Below the pieces are notes generated by a model. The model searched no databases and was not told the DNA's origin. It saw only the letters and a list, made by a program, of their open reading frames with translations. 64,000 bases of DNA, from contig OZ249450.1 in the NCBI GenBank assembly GCA_965235115.1, forward strand, positions 4,836,001-4,900,000. The letters run 5' to 3'. Every line of letters starts with the position of its first letter. Position 1 is the first letter of the stretch. The position numbers and the translations under genes were made by a program. This DNA comes from Laetmonice hystrix (Eukaryota). Below, piece by piece: positions 36,888-48,830 of the stretch.

Positions 36888-38171
36888 AGGGGGAGAGAGA
36901 GACAGGGAGAGACAGAGAGAGACAGAGATAGGAGGAAAAGAGGAGGCATTAGAACTGCCATTACTACGAACCAATGATCCATTCCAAGTATAAGAGAGTT
37001 GTTAAGAACAGTTAACGAATGATTCATTATCCCCACTTTGACACTGTATTAGCTCAGGAACACCTCTGACCTTCACACGTCTTAACAAACCTTTGATTCA
37101 ATGCCCCCCACGTGAGACAACAGCAGGGGAGCTTTGATGGAGAAATTCCCGGACTACCAGGTGAGGGAGGACCGGCTGAGGTGAGTCGGTACAGAGATTG
37201 GAGAACACATTCACTGACTGCTAGGATCAAACCATTCAACCATCCCTGCAGATAGCAACCCCGCCGGGAGAACACCCTATCTACGCTCGTACCTTGTCCT
37301 TTCCACACCCCGTACCCCTTACCACAGGGTAAAAGCCTGTACCCTTCAGTCAGCCGACACATCAACGCAATGTCACTAGGTACGACCACTGATACGGCGG
37401 CGAAATTTAAAGGAATACCGAGTTACTATCTCGTATTGGGGCTGTCTCTATCAGCACCGCCGTACCTTGTACCGTTTTGTGGCCTCCGATATATCTCTGA
37501 AATAACTGGCCTCGTTTGATATCCGTCAGAAATAACTTGTCTTGCTCACTCATTCCCTGACCTTAATCTTACAAACTTCTCTGAGTTTTCTGCTCAACAC
37601 ATGCACATTCAATCAGTTAAAATGATTTGTAGTTTTTGTGGAGTTTTCGTTTTTGAACGACCGGTGTAACTCAAAGCCATCTTCCTCCTTTACGAAAGCG
37701 TAGACATCCACAAATTAGTGTCGGCAAAATAATTTGACCTAGTTCTTTTGGTGTGTAATCAATCGATGAGGCCCTTTCCTAATCGTCACCTATAGAGACA
37801 TATATTAGACAGTGCCACCTGGTTGACACCAGGTTCTCTATGGGTGACGCCCACTGCCAACTTCTTTGCACAATATGAGAAAAAGCGCAATTTGGATTAA
37901 TGAGAAATTTATAAGGCCCCCACACAGTTGACTGCCAACTAATGGTAGCAATCATGTCAACACGACCATCCAAGGCCCTACCGATAGGACAGGTGTGGTT
38001 TAGGGACCTGCACAGGGGGGCGGCTCTCACACTGGGGTGGAGAGGGTGAACAGGTAGGGGTCAAGGAGGGGGCCGTTTATACCCCCCTCCCGCTCATCCA
38101 GGTCCCTAACCAATAGGCTTCTGTCAATGGGATGGCCTGAGCTCCCTCCTACACAGTGAGACCCTCAGAGT

Positions 38172-38281
38172 CTTAACATTGGAACGGAGAACTTAACATT
38201 GCAACGGAGAACTTAACATTGCAACAGAGAACTTAACATTGCAACGGAGAACTTAACATTGCAACGGAGAACTTAACATTG
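38172..38281. repeat. 20-bp repeat AACTTAACATTGCAACGGAG (about 5.5 copies)
   Basis: Direct inspection. Confidence 0.93.
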
Positions 38282-39059
38282 TCGGTTTGTAAGCAGGTTG
38301 TACAACATAACATAATACCTGATAGAGTTGATTTCTCGGTGCATTTTCCACTACTACCAGGATGTCTGGTTGCTTCAGTAACCAAGGTCCTTGGCTAACA
38401 ATAACACAACCCAACTACAAGACCTTTTGTATGAACGGTACAGATGGTTTTCATTGCTTTTCATTATTTTTCTTATCCAAGCCCGGTGGGATTAGCACCC
38501 TACCACCCCTCGCCCCTATAGCACCCCACGCCCCCAACCCCACCCCCATCACCATTTGATAGTCTCACAAGTACCCTCTTTGTGATTAAATTGTCGGCCA
38601 GCGGCAAAGGAACGACCCGACCACAGCGAACTTTGTTTGTCAAACCTCCAGGCCACTATCGCCCGGATCTGCCCAACTTTCCACTTCTTACAACGACCAC
38701 GCAACACTTCGTGAGGATGTGCTTTAAAACAGTTTGGCAGCCTTTGGCAAACTACAGCACGATAAACAAAATGCTTCTTTTCTCGCCCTCCCGGCTCATC
38801 TGTCTGCTCAGACTGAGGTGGTCCACAACAATTATACAACAACTAACAGTCTTAAATGGGGTCGGTATACAAACCACCCTTTCCGACACCACCAATAAAA
38901 TCCTTCCCCCTCCTACTCCGGCCTTCCTCACTCCATTGGGTTTAATGGGCTCATAAAGACTGGCACTCCGAACCCCCTAGACATGGCGGCTGAGTAGTCC
39001 ATATTATGCTGGTATTTCACATGGCGAAGGATTACTCCTCACTACCCAAGATGTTCTGA

Positions 39060-39312
39060 GGGGCCTCGGGTGGCCGAGTGGTCTAATGTGTTGGGTCATG
39101 ACATCTAGGACCATCGCCTCACACCACTGCGATCCGGGTTCGATCCCCGGCCTGGGCTGCATGTGTGAAAGGTTTGTCAGTCAGTTCCTTCCCGAAGGCC
39201 GGTGGTTTCCTGCGGGTACTACGGTTTCCTTCACCAAGAAAAACTGACTTTCATCATCATCTTCACCGCCGTGATATGACCCTGGCTGTTGCAAGGCGTA
39301 AAACCCAAAGTA
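39060..39312 (+). mobile_element. tRNA-derived SINE with V/Meta-type central core
   Basis: A-box TGGCCGAGTGG (39071), B-box GGTTCGATCCC (39137), core GGTGGTTTCCTGCGGGTACTACGGTTTCC, tail CCGCCGTGATATGACCCTGGCTGTTG..GGCGTAAAACCC. Confidence 0.85.
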
Positions 39313-40732
39313 CCCACCCCACCCAAAGATGTGCTTCATGTGGGGGCGGGCGTGTGAGCGTTCTGACCAACACTACAGCAGGAGGTTCTCGGGCACCTGC
39401 TCCGAGCATCTGCTCCGAGCACCTGCTCCGGCTGACACAGGTACATGTCAAGATCTAAATCAGACAACGGAAGGTGAAATCTGGAAGCACATCTGTAAAT
39501 TTGACACCGACAACCATCCATACAGATAATCCCAGGCGTCAAGTACGTCTTCCAAACCAAACCACAAAATACCCGCCAACTCCCCCCCTCCCTTTCCCAA
39601 GTCTCCTTCATTAGAACCCACTTCAAAAAACCTGAATGGACCATTCACCTACCAATCTTGTGAAGTCTTCACGGAATTGAGAAAGTGTAAACATTGCGAA
39701 CTGGACCTGCTTGCAGTACTTGAGAATGTAGCGATGAATGAGATTAACGCGTTGGGTGATCCTCAAACACCATCATCTCTCCAGGCTGTGCTTTCAGTCT
39801 TGCCCATGTCGAGGACACACTCACAGTCCTCGCCCATGTCGAGGACACACTCACATTTGGTCTTAATTTGATTCCGGAAACATGTGCCCGACAGCTCCAA
39901 TGTTTTGTCTAACGAACCATAAATCCAGCCGACGTCGCCTCTGGGGTGGCACAATGTGACTTTGAACTTTTTTTAGAAGTACCACCAGCGTCTTTCTAAT
40001 AGCTCGCTGATGTAGCAGAACTGATAGCTTGTGTCTATCCAGGCCCGTCTTTCAAACCTACATTCTGCGTCCTCTTTTCTCTCGTGCCCGTCTGACGACT
40101 CCCAAGACAAAACCAACTGTCAGTCAGTCCACCATGAAGCCGTCTATCACCGGACTTCTCGCCTCATCACGGCTCTATTTGACACACTGGTCACACGGAC
40201 AACAATCGTTCCCTTCCGTAGTAACCAGTTGTAACCCAGCTGACACGACCCCTCCTGGCCACGGACCCAGGCACTTTTAAAAGCAGGTTTCAGCCGAACA
40301 TTTGACGCGTGAAATGAACAACCCAGCAGTAAAATGCACGGGCGTGTGCCTCGTCACAGTGCGGAACTCGAACGCCAGCTTTAACTTCCGCTGCCTTTAT
40401 TTCTCTCTCTGACTCATTCGACATTAGGTTTTTTTTTATTCCATTCTTCAGACAAACATGGACCAGAGAACAAAACCTCACGAGCTGCCACAGTTCAGTG
40501 GTTGAGACAAATAAACTGCCACATAACTTTGATAAGATACCATAATCTATACGCGGGTCCAGGATTTTTGTCAAAGTGGGCTGCACCAAATGATTTTTGT
40601 CAAAGTGGGCTGCACCAAATGATTTTTGTCAAGGGAGGGGGTGCACCCATCAAAGACCAGCGACAAAAAACTTGTTCAGTGTAAATCTTTGGGTTCTAGA
40701 CAAGATTTCAGGGGGGCGGGGGGCTCCTGGAG

Positions 40733-40949
40733 CAGGGTTTCCGCCAGAAAATAATTAATGGGGGGGACGGGGGGCCCTCCCCCAGAAATTTTTTTTCATG
40801 AACTCCGGAGATGCGTTTTCCTGGCCTCTCAGAGCGAGAAAAGCTTAAAAAAAACACTGCTCTGCAGATTTATGGGGGGGATATCCCCCCCATGTCCCAA
40901 TCATGGGGGGGATAAATCCCCCCCGTCCCCCCCTCTGGCGGATGCCCTG
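40733..40949. mobile_element. MITE with CAGGG-type 16-bp TIRs
   Basis: CAGGGTTTCCGCCAGA versus TCTGGCGGATGCCCTG (14/16); no TSD recognised; abuts the 55-bp satellite. Confidence 0.65.
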
Positions 40950-40955
40950 CAAAAG

Positions 40956-42187
40956 TCCTGGACCCTTTCCTCAGTGCACTGGACCCTTTCCTCAGTGCAC
41001 CTTTCACTGAACCCGGTTTCAAAGTTTCTCCTCCTGGACCCTTTCCTCAGTGCACCTTTCACTGAACCCGGTTACAAAGTTTCTCCTCCTGGACCCTTTC
41101 CTCAGTGCACCTTTCACTGAACCCGGTTTCAAAGTTTCTCCTCCTGGACCCTTTCCTCAGTGCACCTTTCACTGAACCCGGTTGCAAAGTTTCTCCTCCT
41201 GGACCCTTTCCTCAGTACGCCTTTCACTGAATCCGGTTACAAAGTTTCTCCTCCTGGACCCTTTCCTCAGTGCACCTTTCACTGAACCCGGTTACAAAGT
41301 TTCTCCTCCTGGACCCTTTCCTCAGTGCACCTTTCACTGAACCCGGTTTCAAAGTTTCTCCTCCTGGACCCTTTCCCCAGTGCACCTTTCACTGAACCCG
41401 GTTACAAAGTTTTCCTCCTGGACCCTTTCCTCAGTGCACCTTTCACTGAACCCGGTTACAAAGTTTCTCCTCCTGGACCCTTTCCTCAGTGCACCTTTCA
41501 CTGAATCCGGTTACAAAGTTTCTCCTCCTGGACCCTTTCCTCAGTGCACCTTTCACTGAACCCGGTTACAAAGTTTCTCCTCCTGGACCCTTTCCTCAGT
41601 ACGCCTTTCACTGAATCCGGTTACAAAGTTTCTCCTCCTGGACCCTTTCCTCAGTGCACCTTTCACTGAATCCGGTTACAAAGTTTCTCCTCCTGGACCC
41701 TTTCCTCAGTGCACCTTTCACTGAACCCGGTTACAAAGTTTCTCCTCCTGGACCCTTTCCTCAGTACGCCTTTCACTGAATCCGGTTACAAAGTTTCTCC
41801 TCCTGGACCCTTTCCTCAGTACGCCTTTCACTGAATCCGGTTACAAAGTTTCTCCTCCTGGACCCTTTCCTCAGTGCACCTTTCACTGAATCCGGTTGCA
41901 AAGTTTCCTCTCCTGGACCCTTTCCTCAGTGCACCATTCACTGAACCCGGTTACAAAGTTTCTCCTCCTGGACCCTTTCCTCAGTGCACCTTTCACTGAA
42001 TCCGGTTGCAAAGTTTCCTCTCCTGGACCCTTTCCTCAGTGCACCTTTCACTGAACCCGGTTACAAAGTTTCCTCTCCTGGACCCTTTCCTCAGTGCACC
42101 TTTCACTGAATCCGGTTGCAAAGTTTCCTCTCCTGGACCCTTTCCTCAGTGCACCTTTCACTGAATCCGGTTGCAAAGTTTCTCCTG
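40956..42187. repeat. Minisatellite, 55-bp unit (about 22 copies)
   Basis: CTGGACCCTTTCCTCAGTGCACCTTTCACTGAACCCGGTTACAAAGTTTCTCCTC. Confidence 0.97.
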
Positions 42188-44580
42188 CGGGTTTTTCTGT
42201 CCTTCGCTGAACCTAGACATGGTGCGCGAAGAATGATTAGGGTGGCCGGATCTCTCTATTTAAATGTTGATCTGGTAAATGCGGTCATCAGTGCGGGGCA
42301 CTTGTACCTAATTCACTCCCCCATGATATGTCCCCGGTCCAATCTAGCTAAGTATGGGGACATCAAAGTACACGACCAGTTCATAAACTGGGCACAACAC
42401 CCGGGCGCACTCCAATGACCATGAGGGGTGACGGGGGTGGGGGTTGGTGGACTGACACGCTTGGCTGCAAACCTTTGGACATGTTATGTTTATGTTGCTT
42501 TGAATAGAGTGATTTGGTTCACTTGGTCTTTCGTTAAAAACGTCGTTAAAAAAAAATCGTTAAAATTTTTGTCGTTAAAAAAAAAAATTCGTTAAAACCA
42601 TCCACAGTTTAATTAAAACCTCTGTTTGCTACTAGAACAGGATAACATAGGAACACAGAGGAGCTGGTAGAAGCTCCGCTAACAGGAGATAAGGGGAAAA
42701 TCTAGCTAGATTTTTTTCAGTTTTGTGTGTGCAATAAGTCACTGAGACAGGCCATCTACTCTCATGATTGCGACCTCAGAAGGACTTGCATGAATGCTCC
42801 AGAACAACGCCAGTCAATAATTTAATGGTCCGTTTGGAAAGATCAAATTACTTCTGAAACGTTGCACGATAAAAGCTCTACGTAAGATGGCAATCTGTGA
42901 TCTGTAATGGCGTTAGCAAATCAGAAAGCAATTTATTGTTTTAAATTGGGGGGGGGGGGGTGATCATTAACATACCTACATTTTTATACATATGGCCTCG
43001 CACAAAATGATGTTCCATCACTTTACCTTACGTCCTTGAGCTGGACAAGTTAGACACTTTCTGCGACAGTCCGTCACCATCGCCAGAGAAACACAAATTA
43101 TACATTTGGTTTCTATCGACAGGGACACATTTCATGAAAATGGTCTGCTGTCAACAATCTAAGGACTGGAACACCATGCTCCCAGCCACCTCAAGTCGTC
43201 CTTGCTTTATGCCAGCCACTCGTCCTGTCTTGTCGAACCTGGCGGAGCCAGAGAGTACCACTTGACACCAGTCAAGTCGAGTCCTTGGCCAGCGACATTG
43301 TTCGCTACAATTATATCACTCTTGTGTCAATAACAGATACGATGATGATAAATATCAAATATTATGACAAGTTATCATGTGATAGTTACAAAATGTGTAT
43401 GTTTGGCAGATATCAGGCAAATGGTTCGTCCATAATATGGTACCACATTGTACCCTGCTTATCAACAGCCCGGGTTGGTCGCCTTTCCTTACAGAACATG
43501 CTTTGTTACATTTATGCCACTTCTCTTCCCCTTTCAAAAGCTAAGAGAACTGAATTCAATGATGGTCTATTCTCTTTACTAAAGTAATCAGCATACTCTC
43601 TCATTATACCAACTTTAAGGCGGTCAACCGCAGCCCTGATTTAGTCCGATTCTTTGAAACAGGCTGATTAAAAGCTGTTCTGTACAAAGGTGCTATTGTA
43701 TTATACTTAAATTATTTTGCAATAAAATGTACAAATTCCAAACGCTGTGCCCATAGGTCTTGTTGGACCTGTCAGGGTGTAGAATGAACAGGTCTGGTAG
43801 CGTTCCAAGATGTAGGACCACCTACATCACTCCCTTATCGTAGCCTCCTGTATCTGCAGGCCATGCCTACATACAGCATACACTAACTCATAATAAACAT
43901 CGCCAACCAATTGAGACATCTTTACTACGGAGCTCAAGAACATGGATGATGGCGTTTTGATAGAATATTTCAAATTCCTCAAGCATGATGTATATGAGGA
44001 AGATGAGAGGTTTTCAATAGATTGTCAGATTCATTAATCCCTTTTTGCTCTGTGGTAAAAATGTTAAGGATCACGTAAATACAAATCAAGACCCTTTTTT
44101 CTCTCTTAAAGAAACTCCGTTTCAGTGGATACAGCAAACGAAATTAAAAGGGCTTGGTTAGTACATAGGACAGCATGTTGTATAACTGGTTGAAAGGACC
44201 TTCCTCGACATCTGAATCACCACAGTACAGAAAACCTTTCTGGAACTACATGTACTTGGAAATTTACATATAAGATTCTTCATAAACATCGTCAGTGGCG
44301 CGGGAACGATTTTTTTAAAAAGTGGGTTGGCCACCAGGCTTGGAAATGGAACCTGCATGGTCTAGTGGGTTTACGGTGATTTCAGATGTACCGGTAACTA
44401 TTTTTTTCAACTTGTCAGGAGGAAAAGTGGGGGCTGTAATTCGGTATTTTCTTAAAAGTGGGGGTGCATGGCTCGAGCGCCCCCCCCCCCAGCCCAGTTC
44501 CCCTGAACATCGCTTTATCGCGGAAATATAAAAATACCGTGGTCAAGGGAAGGGTGTGCAAATGTCTCTTTCCTCACCAG

Positions 44581-44716
44581 GGCCCGGTTCCTAAAATCTT
44601 AAGATCTTACTTAAGTTTGGGCTTAAAGTTTCTGATTGGTTGGTCTAAGCAAACCAGCCAATCAGAAGCGTTAAGCCTAAACTTAAGTAAGATCTTAAGA
44701 TTTTAGGAACCAGGCC
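44581..44716. mobile_element. PIF/Harbinger-type MITE (136 bp)
   Basis: About 46-bp TIR GGCCCGGTTCCTAAAATCTTAAGATCTTACTTAAG; TSD CAG at 44578-44580 and 44717-44719. Confidence 0.88.
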
Positions 44717-45100
44717 CAGAAGATGATAACACTAATAAGTTGTAGCTGTTTGGAAACAGGAACATACCTTACCTGCCTAGAAAAGGCCATGTCCAACTTG
44801 GGATTATTAAATCATTTCTACTTCACAACGTAGAAATTGAGAGGCTTTCCGGACAGGCCTCTCTCGTCAATAGGTGCTGGTGTTGGGGGTTGGGGTTAGA
44901 TGGGGTTTGGTTTGGGGTTGGGTATTTGGGCCAGTGTCAGGGGAGCCTTTGTTTTCAGATACTGGGTGTCACCCTGACCCGCCCTCGCAGTCAGTCACAT
45001 ACTTTCTAAGACATTCTTTGACCTTGCTGTCCAACAGCCCCACCAAGTCCCCCTCGCTTCCCTTGGCCCTGAACTCCAAACTTGACCGTGTTCCCTGGCG

Positions 45101-45255
45101 GGCCTGGCTTTAAGCTCGTCATTTTACCAATGTTAAGACTGAAAGTTTAAGACTGAATTGTGTTATGGTCTCTCATTGGCTGGCCTCATTTGAAGGACCA
45201 ACCAGAAGCTCTGAAACAAGATTTCAGTCTTAAGATTTGAATCTTAAGACTAGGT
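45101..45255. mobile_element. Degenerate relative of the Harbinger-type MITE
   Basis: GGGCCTGG start, TTAAGACTGAA/TTCAGTCTTAA inverted motifs, ATTGG(C/T)TGG centre like 44581-44716. Confidence 0.4.
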
Positions 45256-46038
45256 TTGCAAACTAAAAACCAAAAACCTCGTCTGATCCCTTGTACGGTT
45301 ACTGAGAGTGGGTTGGACCGACGGACAAATGGACAGACAGACAGACAGATGGACAGTCAGATGACCCCTGCGTCCCGGAGCAGAACTTGTGCTGTCGCCG
45401 AGTTGGGCTGAAAAAGCCGGCCTCAAATTATGCTAATCTCGGTAACCTCTGGTATCATGAAAGGATTCTATGTGATCCTTTTTAACAATGGCGTCTCTTC
45501 TAACAAAATTCTACAAGTTTAAATCAAAGGAGTGATTCTTTGCCTTTATGAGGAACACTCATACACTGGAAGGAAAAATCCGATAAAAGGAAAAATTGGA
45601 AAAAAAACCAAAATGCTTAATCTGATTAAATTCACCTGTGGTCAGCTGAGAGACCAGGGGTCAAACGTAAGGTCAGCAGACCTCTCTTCATTACCTCCAC
45701 TGACTGTGGCGCCATCTACAGCTTATCTTCTTCAGGTGCCTGCCGCCTCCACGAAATAAATCTTTTACAGGTCTCTGCCTCCTATCTCTGAAAACAGATT
45801 AAACTGTCAAAGGCTGTCGAAACTTAGGGTACTGACAACCAAGTAATTGTATGCCTTATTTTTTTCTCCTTAAAAAAGGATCAATATCTGTGGTTCTACA
45901 GTTGTGAGTTCAGTTTGTTGCTATATAATCAGAGGAAGAAGAAGTAAAATGCTAATCATCATTACTTATATCTCTCAGGTACTTTGTCAAGTGCTGCCAC
46001 TCTCGTACCGAGCCCCTTCTCATAGGGTCTGTTCGCTG

Positions 46039-46782
46039 TCAGCGATCAGCTCAGAGCGATCGTGCCTACCACCCGGCTCAGCGATCAGCTCAGAGCCGTC
46101 GTGCCTACCACCCGGCTGAGCGATCAGCTCAGCGCCGTCGTGCCTACCACCCGGCTGAGCGATCAGCTCAGAGCTGTCGTGCCTACCACCCGGCTGAGCG
46201 ATCAGCTCAGAGCTGTCGTGCCTACCACCCGGCTGAGCGATCAGCTCAGAGCTGTCGTGCCTACCACATGGCTCAGCGATCAGCTCAGAGCCGTCGTGCC
46301 TACCACCCGGCTCAGCGATCAGCTCAGAGCCGTCGTACCCACCACCCGGCCCAGCGATCAGCTCAGAGCCGTCGTGCCTACCACCCGGCTCAGCGATCAG
46401 CTCAGACCCGGCTTAGCGATCCGCTCAGAGCCGTCGTGCCTACCACCCGGCTCAGTGATCAGCTCAGCACCGTCGTGCCTACCACCCGGCTCAGCGATCA
46501 GCTCAGAGCCGTCGTGCCTACCACCCGGCTCAGCGATCAGCTCACAGCCGTCGTGCCTACCACCCGGCTCAGCGATCAGCTCAGAGCCGTCGTGCCTACC
46601 ACCCGGCTCAGCGATCAGCTTAGAGCTGTCGTGCCTACCACCCGGCTCAGCGATCAGCTCAGAGCCGTCGTGCCTACCACCCGGCTCAGCGATCAGCTCC
46701 CGGCTCAGCGATCAGCTCAGGGCCGTCGTACCCACCACCCAGCTCAGCGATCAGCTCACAGCCGTCGTGCCTACCACCCGGC
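46039..46782. repeat. Minisatellite, 39-bp unit (about 19 copies)
   Basis: CGGCTCAGCGATCAGCTCAGAGCCGTCGTGCCTACCACC; two internal deletions shift the frame. Confidence 0.97.
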
Positions 46783-47654
46783 CAATAATTACCCTGGCGT
46801 AGTACCCTGATCCTATCAGCAACTCATGAATAATATGTTTCACTCAGATAATTCCGACAGACAACCATGATCTAATTTGTGTGGTGATGGCACGCACGTA
46901 GCAGCCAGTCCCGGCCCTCTGGTGGTGTCCCCTGGACGGACGGAAAGATTTAACCAATAGTGAGACCTAGCAGCCGACTAAAGGCACATGATGGATGACT
47001 GACCGGTCTGTTTTAACAGGTACCAGGTCAGGGCCGGATCACTTGCATTCCAAGAGGGTGGCGCTGCTAAGGGAACTAGGAAAAGAAGAGGTACTATTTG
47101 TGTGTAAAAACAAAATATCAAAATTTCAAAGTTTCCAAATAAAAGTTTACTGCACATGTGCTCCTTCGGCAGGTCTCAGCTACAGCCACGAGTATGGCGC
47201 CGTCACCACCACGACAGCCGGACCTTACGGACCAGAACCCAACAATTCTAACTGAATTAAACTGTCATATCAACCGCCTGGCCACCATGTCCCTATTATC
47301 CATCCGGCCAACATGAAATTCGACGAATTGGTTTCCCCCACCCCCGAGTGTGATGATTGGGGTTGGGGGTTAGTGACCTGGGGTTAGCCAACTGGGGAAC
47401 CGGGTTCTATTGTCACTGGGCACAAGAGAACCATGGAGCTTGTCTGGGTCAACCATCTCAAGTCTGTCTCCCTATACAGTGACTCTTATACGAAAAACAA
47501 GACACTGAAAACTAACTTAGGGGCGGACCATTGGGTACCGGGGGGGGGGGGGCGTTGAGGGTGATTCTAGACTTGTTCAGCAGATTAGCATACACCAGAA
47601 TCATTCAATATACATGTGTATTTTGAACTGGCAGAACGAATGGTGGAAATGAAT

Positions 47655-47893
47655 AGTCATCCTTTAATTCTCCCCGCCCATCGGATCGAGTCATCCTTTA
47701 ATTCTCCTAACACATCAGATCAGAGTCATCCTTCAATTCTCCCAACCCATCGGATCAGAGTCATTCTTTAATTCCCAAAACTCATCGGATCAGAGTCATC
47801 CTTTAATTCTCCTAACCCATCGGATCAGAGTCATCCTTTAATTCTCCCAAGCCATCGGATCAGAGTCATCCTTTAATTCTCCCAACCCATCGG
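47655..47893. repeat. Minisatellite, about 35-bp unit (about 6.5 copies)
   Basis: ATCGGATCAGAGTCATCCTTTAATTCTCCCAACCC. Confidence 0.93.
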
Positions 47894-48229
47894 CAGACAG
47901 TGGCAATGAACGCAGGCGACAGATTCTCAAAACAGCTGCGCCAATCCATCTGTATACGGCTAAACTGTTTACTTCTCTCTGTAAAACTTTATCTGATACT
48001 ATCATGATGTTATTTCGCATAAAGCCTTTCAAAACGATGTCGGCGACTCGCTGATAACATTTATAGGATGACCAGCAGGCGCAGGAACGGACTCAAACCG
48101 TTAAAGATCTCTAAAGTACACTTTAGATAGATAAGCTCTTTCATCTTGTACGTTTTATGATTTCTACACAGAGTCTACTCTATTTGTAAACACACATCTT
48201 TGAAAGACCGTGTGAAAATCTTCAGCCAA

Positions 48230-48830
48230 AGATATCGAGCCTTGTATTCTAAAATTATCTTTAAGGAAAACTCCCCAAGTATTGCATGGAAAAGGGGAAC
48301 ATGTTTGGCTGCCTCAAAAACGATTTAACCTCAACCGATGACTTCAGATTGGTAAATCAGCTGCAGACTAACTCCGTTTCTGATCTCCAGTTTTAAAGCC
48401 ACTTGTTATTGATATAAATGAAGACTAGTCAGATGACTCAACAGCTGTTATCTTATCTTATCTCTGACGACTTCTCAAAGTCTGCACATTTTCCAGAATC
48501 CCTCTGGTTGCTGGAACACACAGGGAAATCTCAACATGTTCAATTGATTTCTCCAGGCTCACTTTCTTTGATGTCACTGATACGGCTTTCTTGATTTAAA
48601 AGGCACTGGGCCTGAAAAGTCTGTTCATTCAGATAAGCTTAGTTCCACTTTAGATCCTTTAATAGGACAGATTTGCACTCTGCATGATTTGGAGACGAGC
48701 ATGTTGATACTTCGTAACCAAGAAAACCTGCATCTTAAAAGCTTCCAGATTTCTGTGTTTGCTTTTGCCAGGTCAAAAAACACTCAGCAAAGCTTTCGCA
48801 TGGTTTTGGGTGCATCGATTTGTCTGGCAC
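48230..48830 (-). mobile_element. Decayed I/Nimb-group LINE reverse-transcriptase fragment
   Basis: 48783-48742 reads VFFDLAKANTEIWK, gap-free against the VFFDLEKAYDTTWK motif of I-group RTs; KARYLWLKIF near 48230 resembles KFLGLIF; many stops. Confidence 0.55.

Noticed and set aside
36566-37036. ORFs spanning 36.6-37.0 kb
   Set aside because: Artefacts of the N gap.
37090-37185. Possible plus-strand exon ending at GTGAG donors
   Set aside because: Short, unrecognisable peptide with no partner exons.
38549-38956. 97- and 124-aa overlapping ORFs
   Set aside because: No recognisable motif; lengths are compatible with chance.
39060-39150. tRNA gene
   Set aside because: A and B boxes are present but there is no complete cloverleaf, and the sequence runs into a SINE core and tail.
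47030-47400. Coding-looking plus-strand segments with splice-like sites
   Set aside because: An in-frame stop, no recognisable family and no consistent exon chain.
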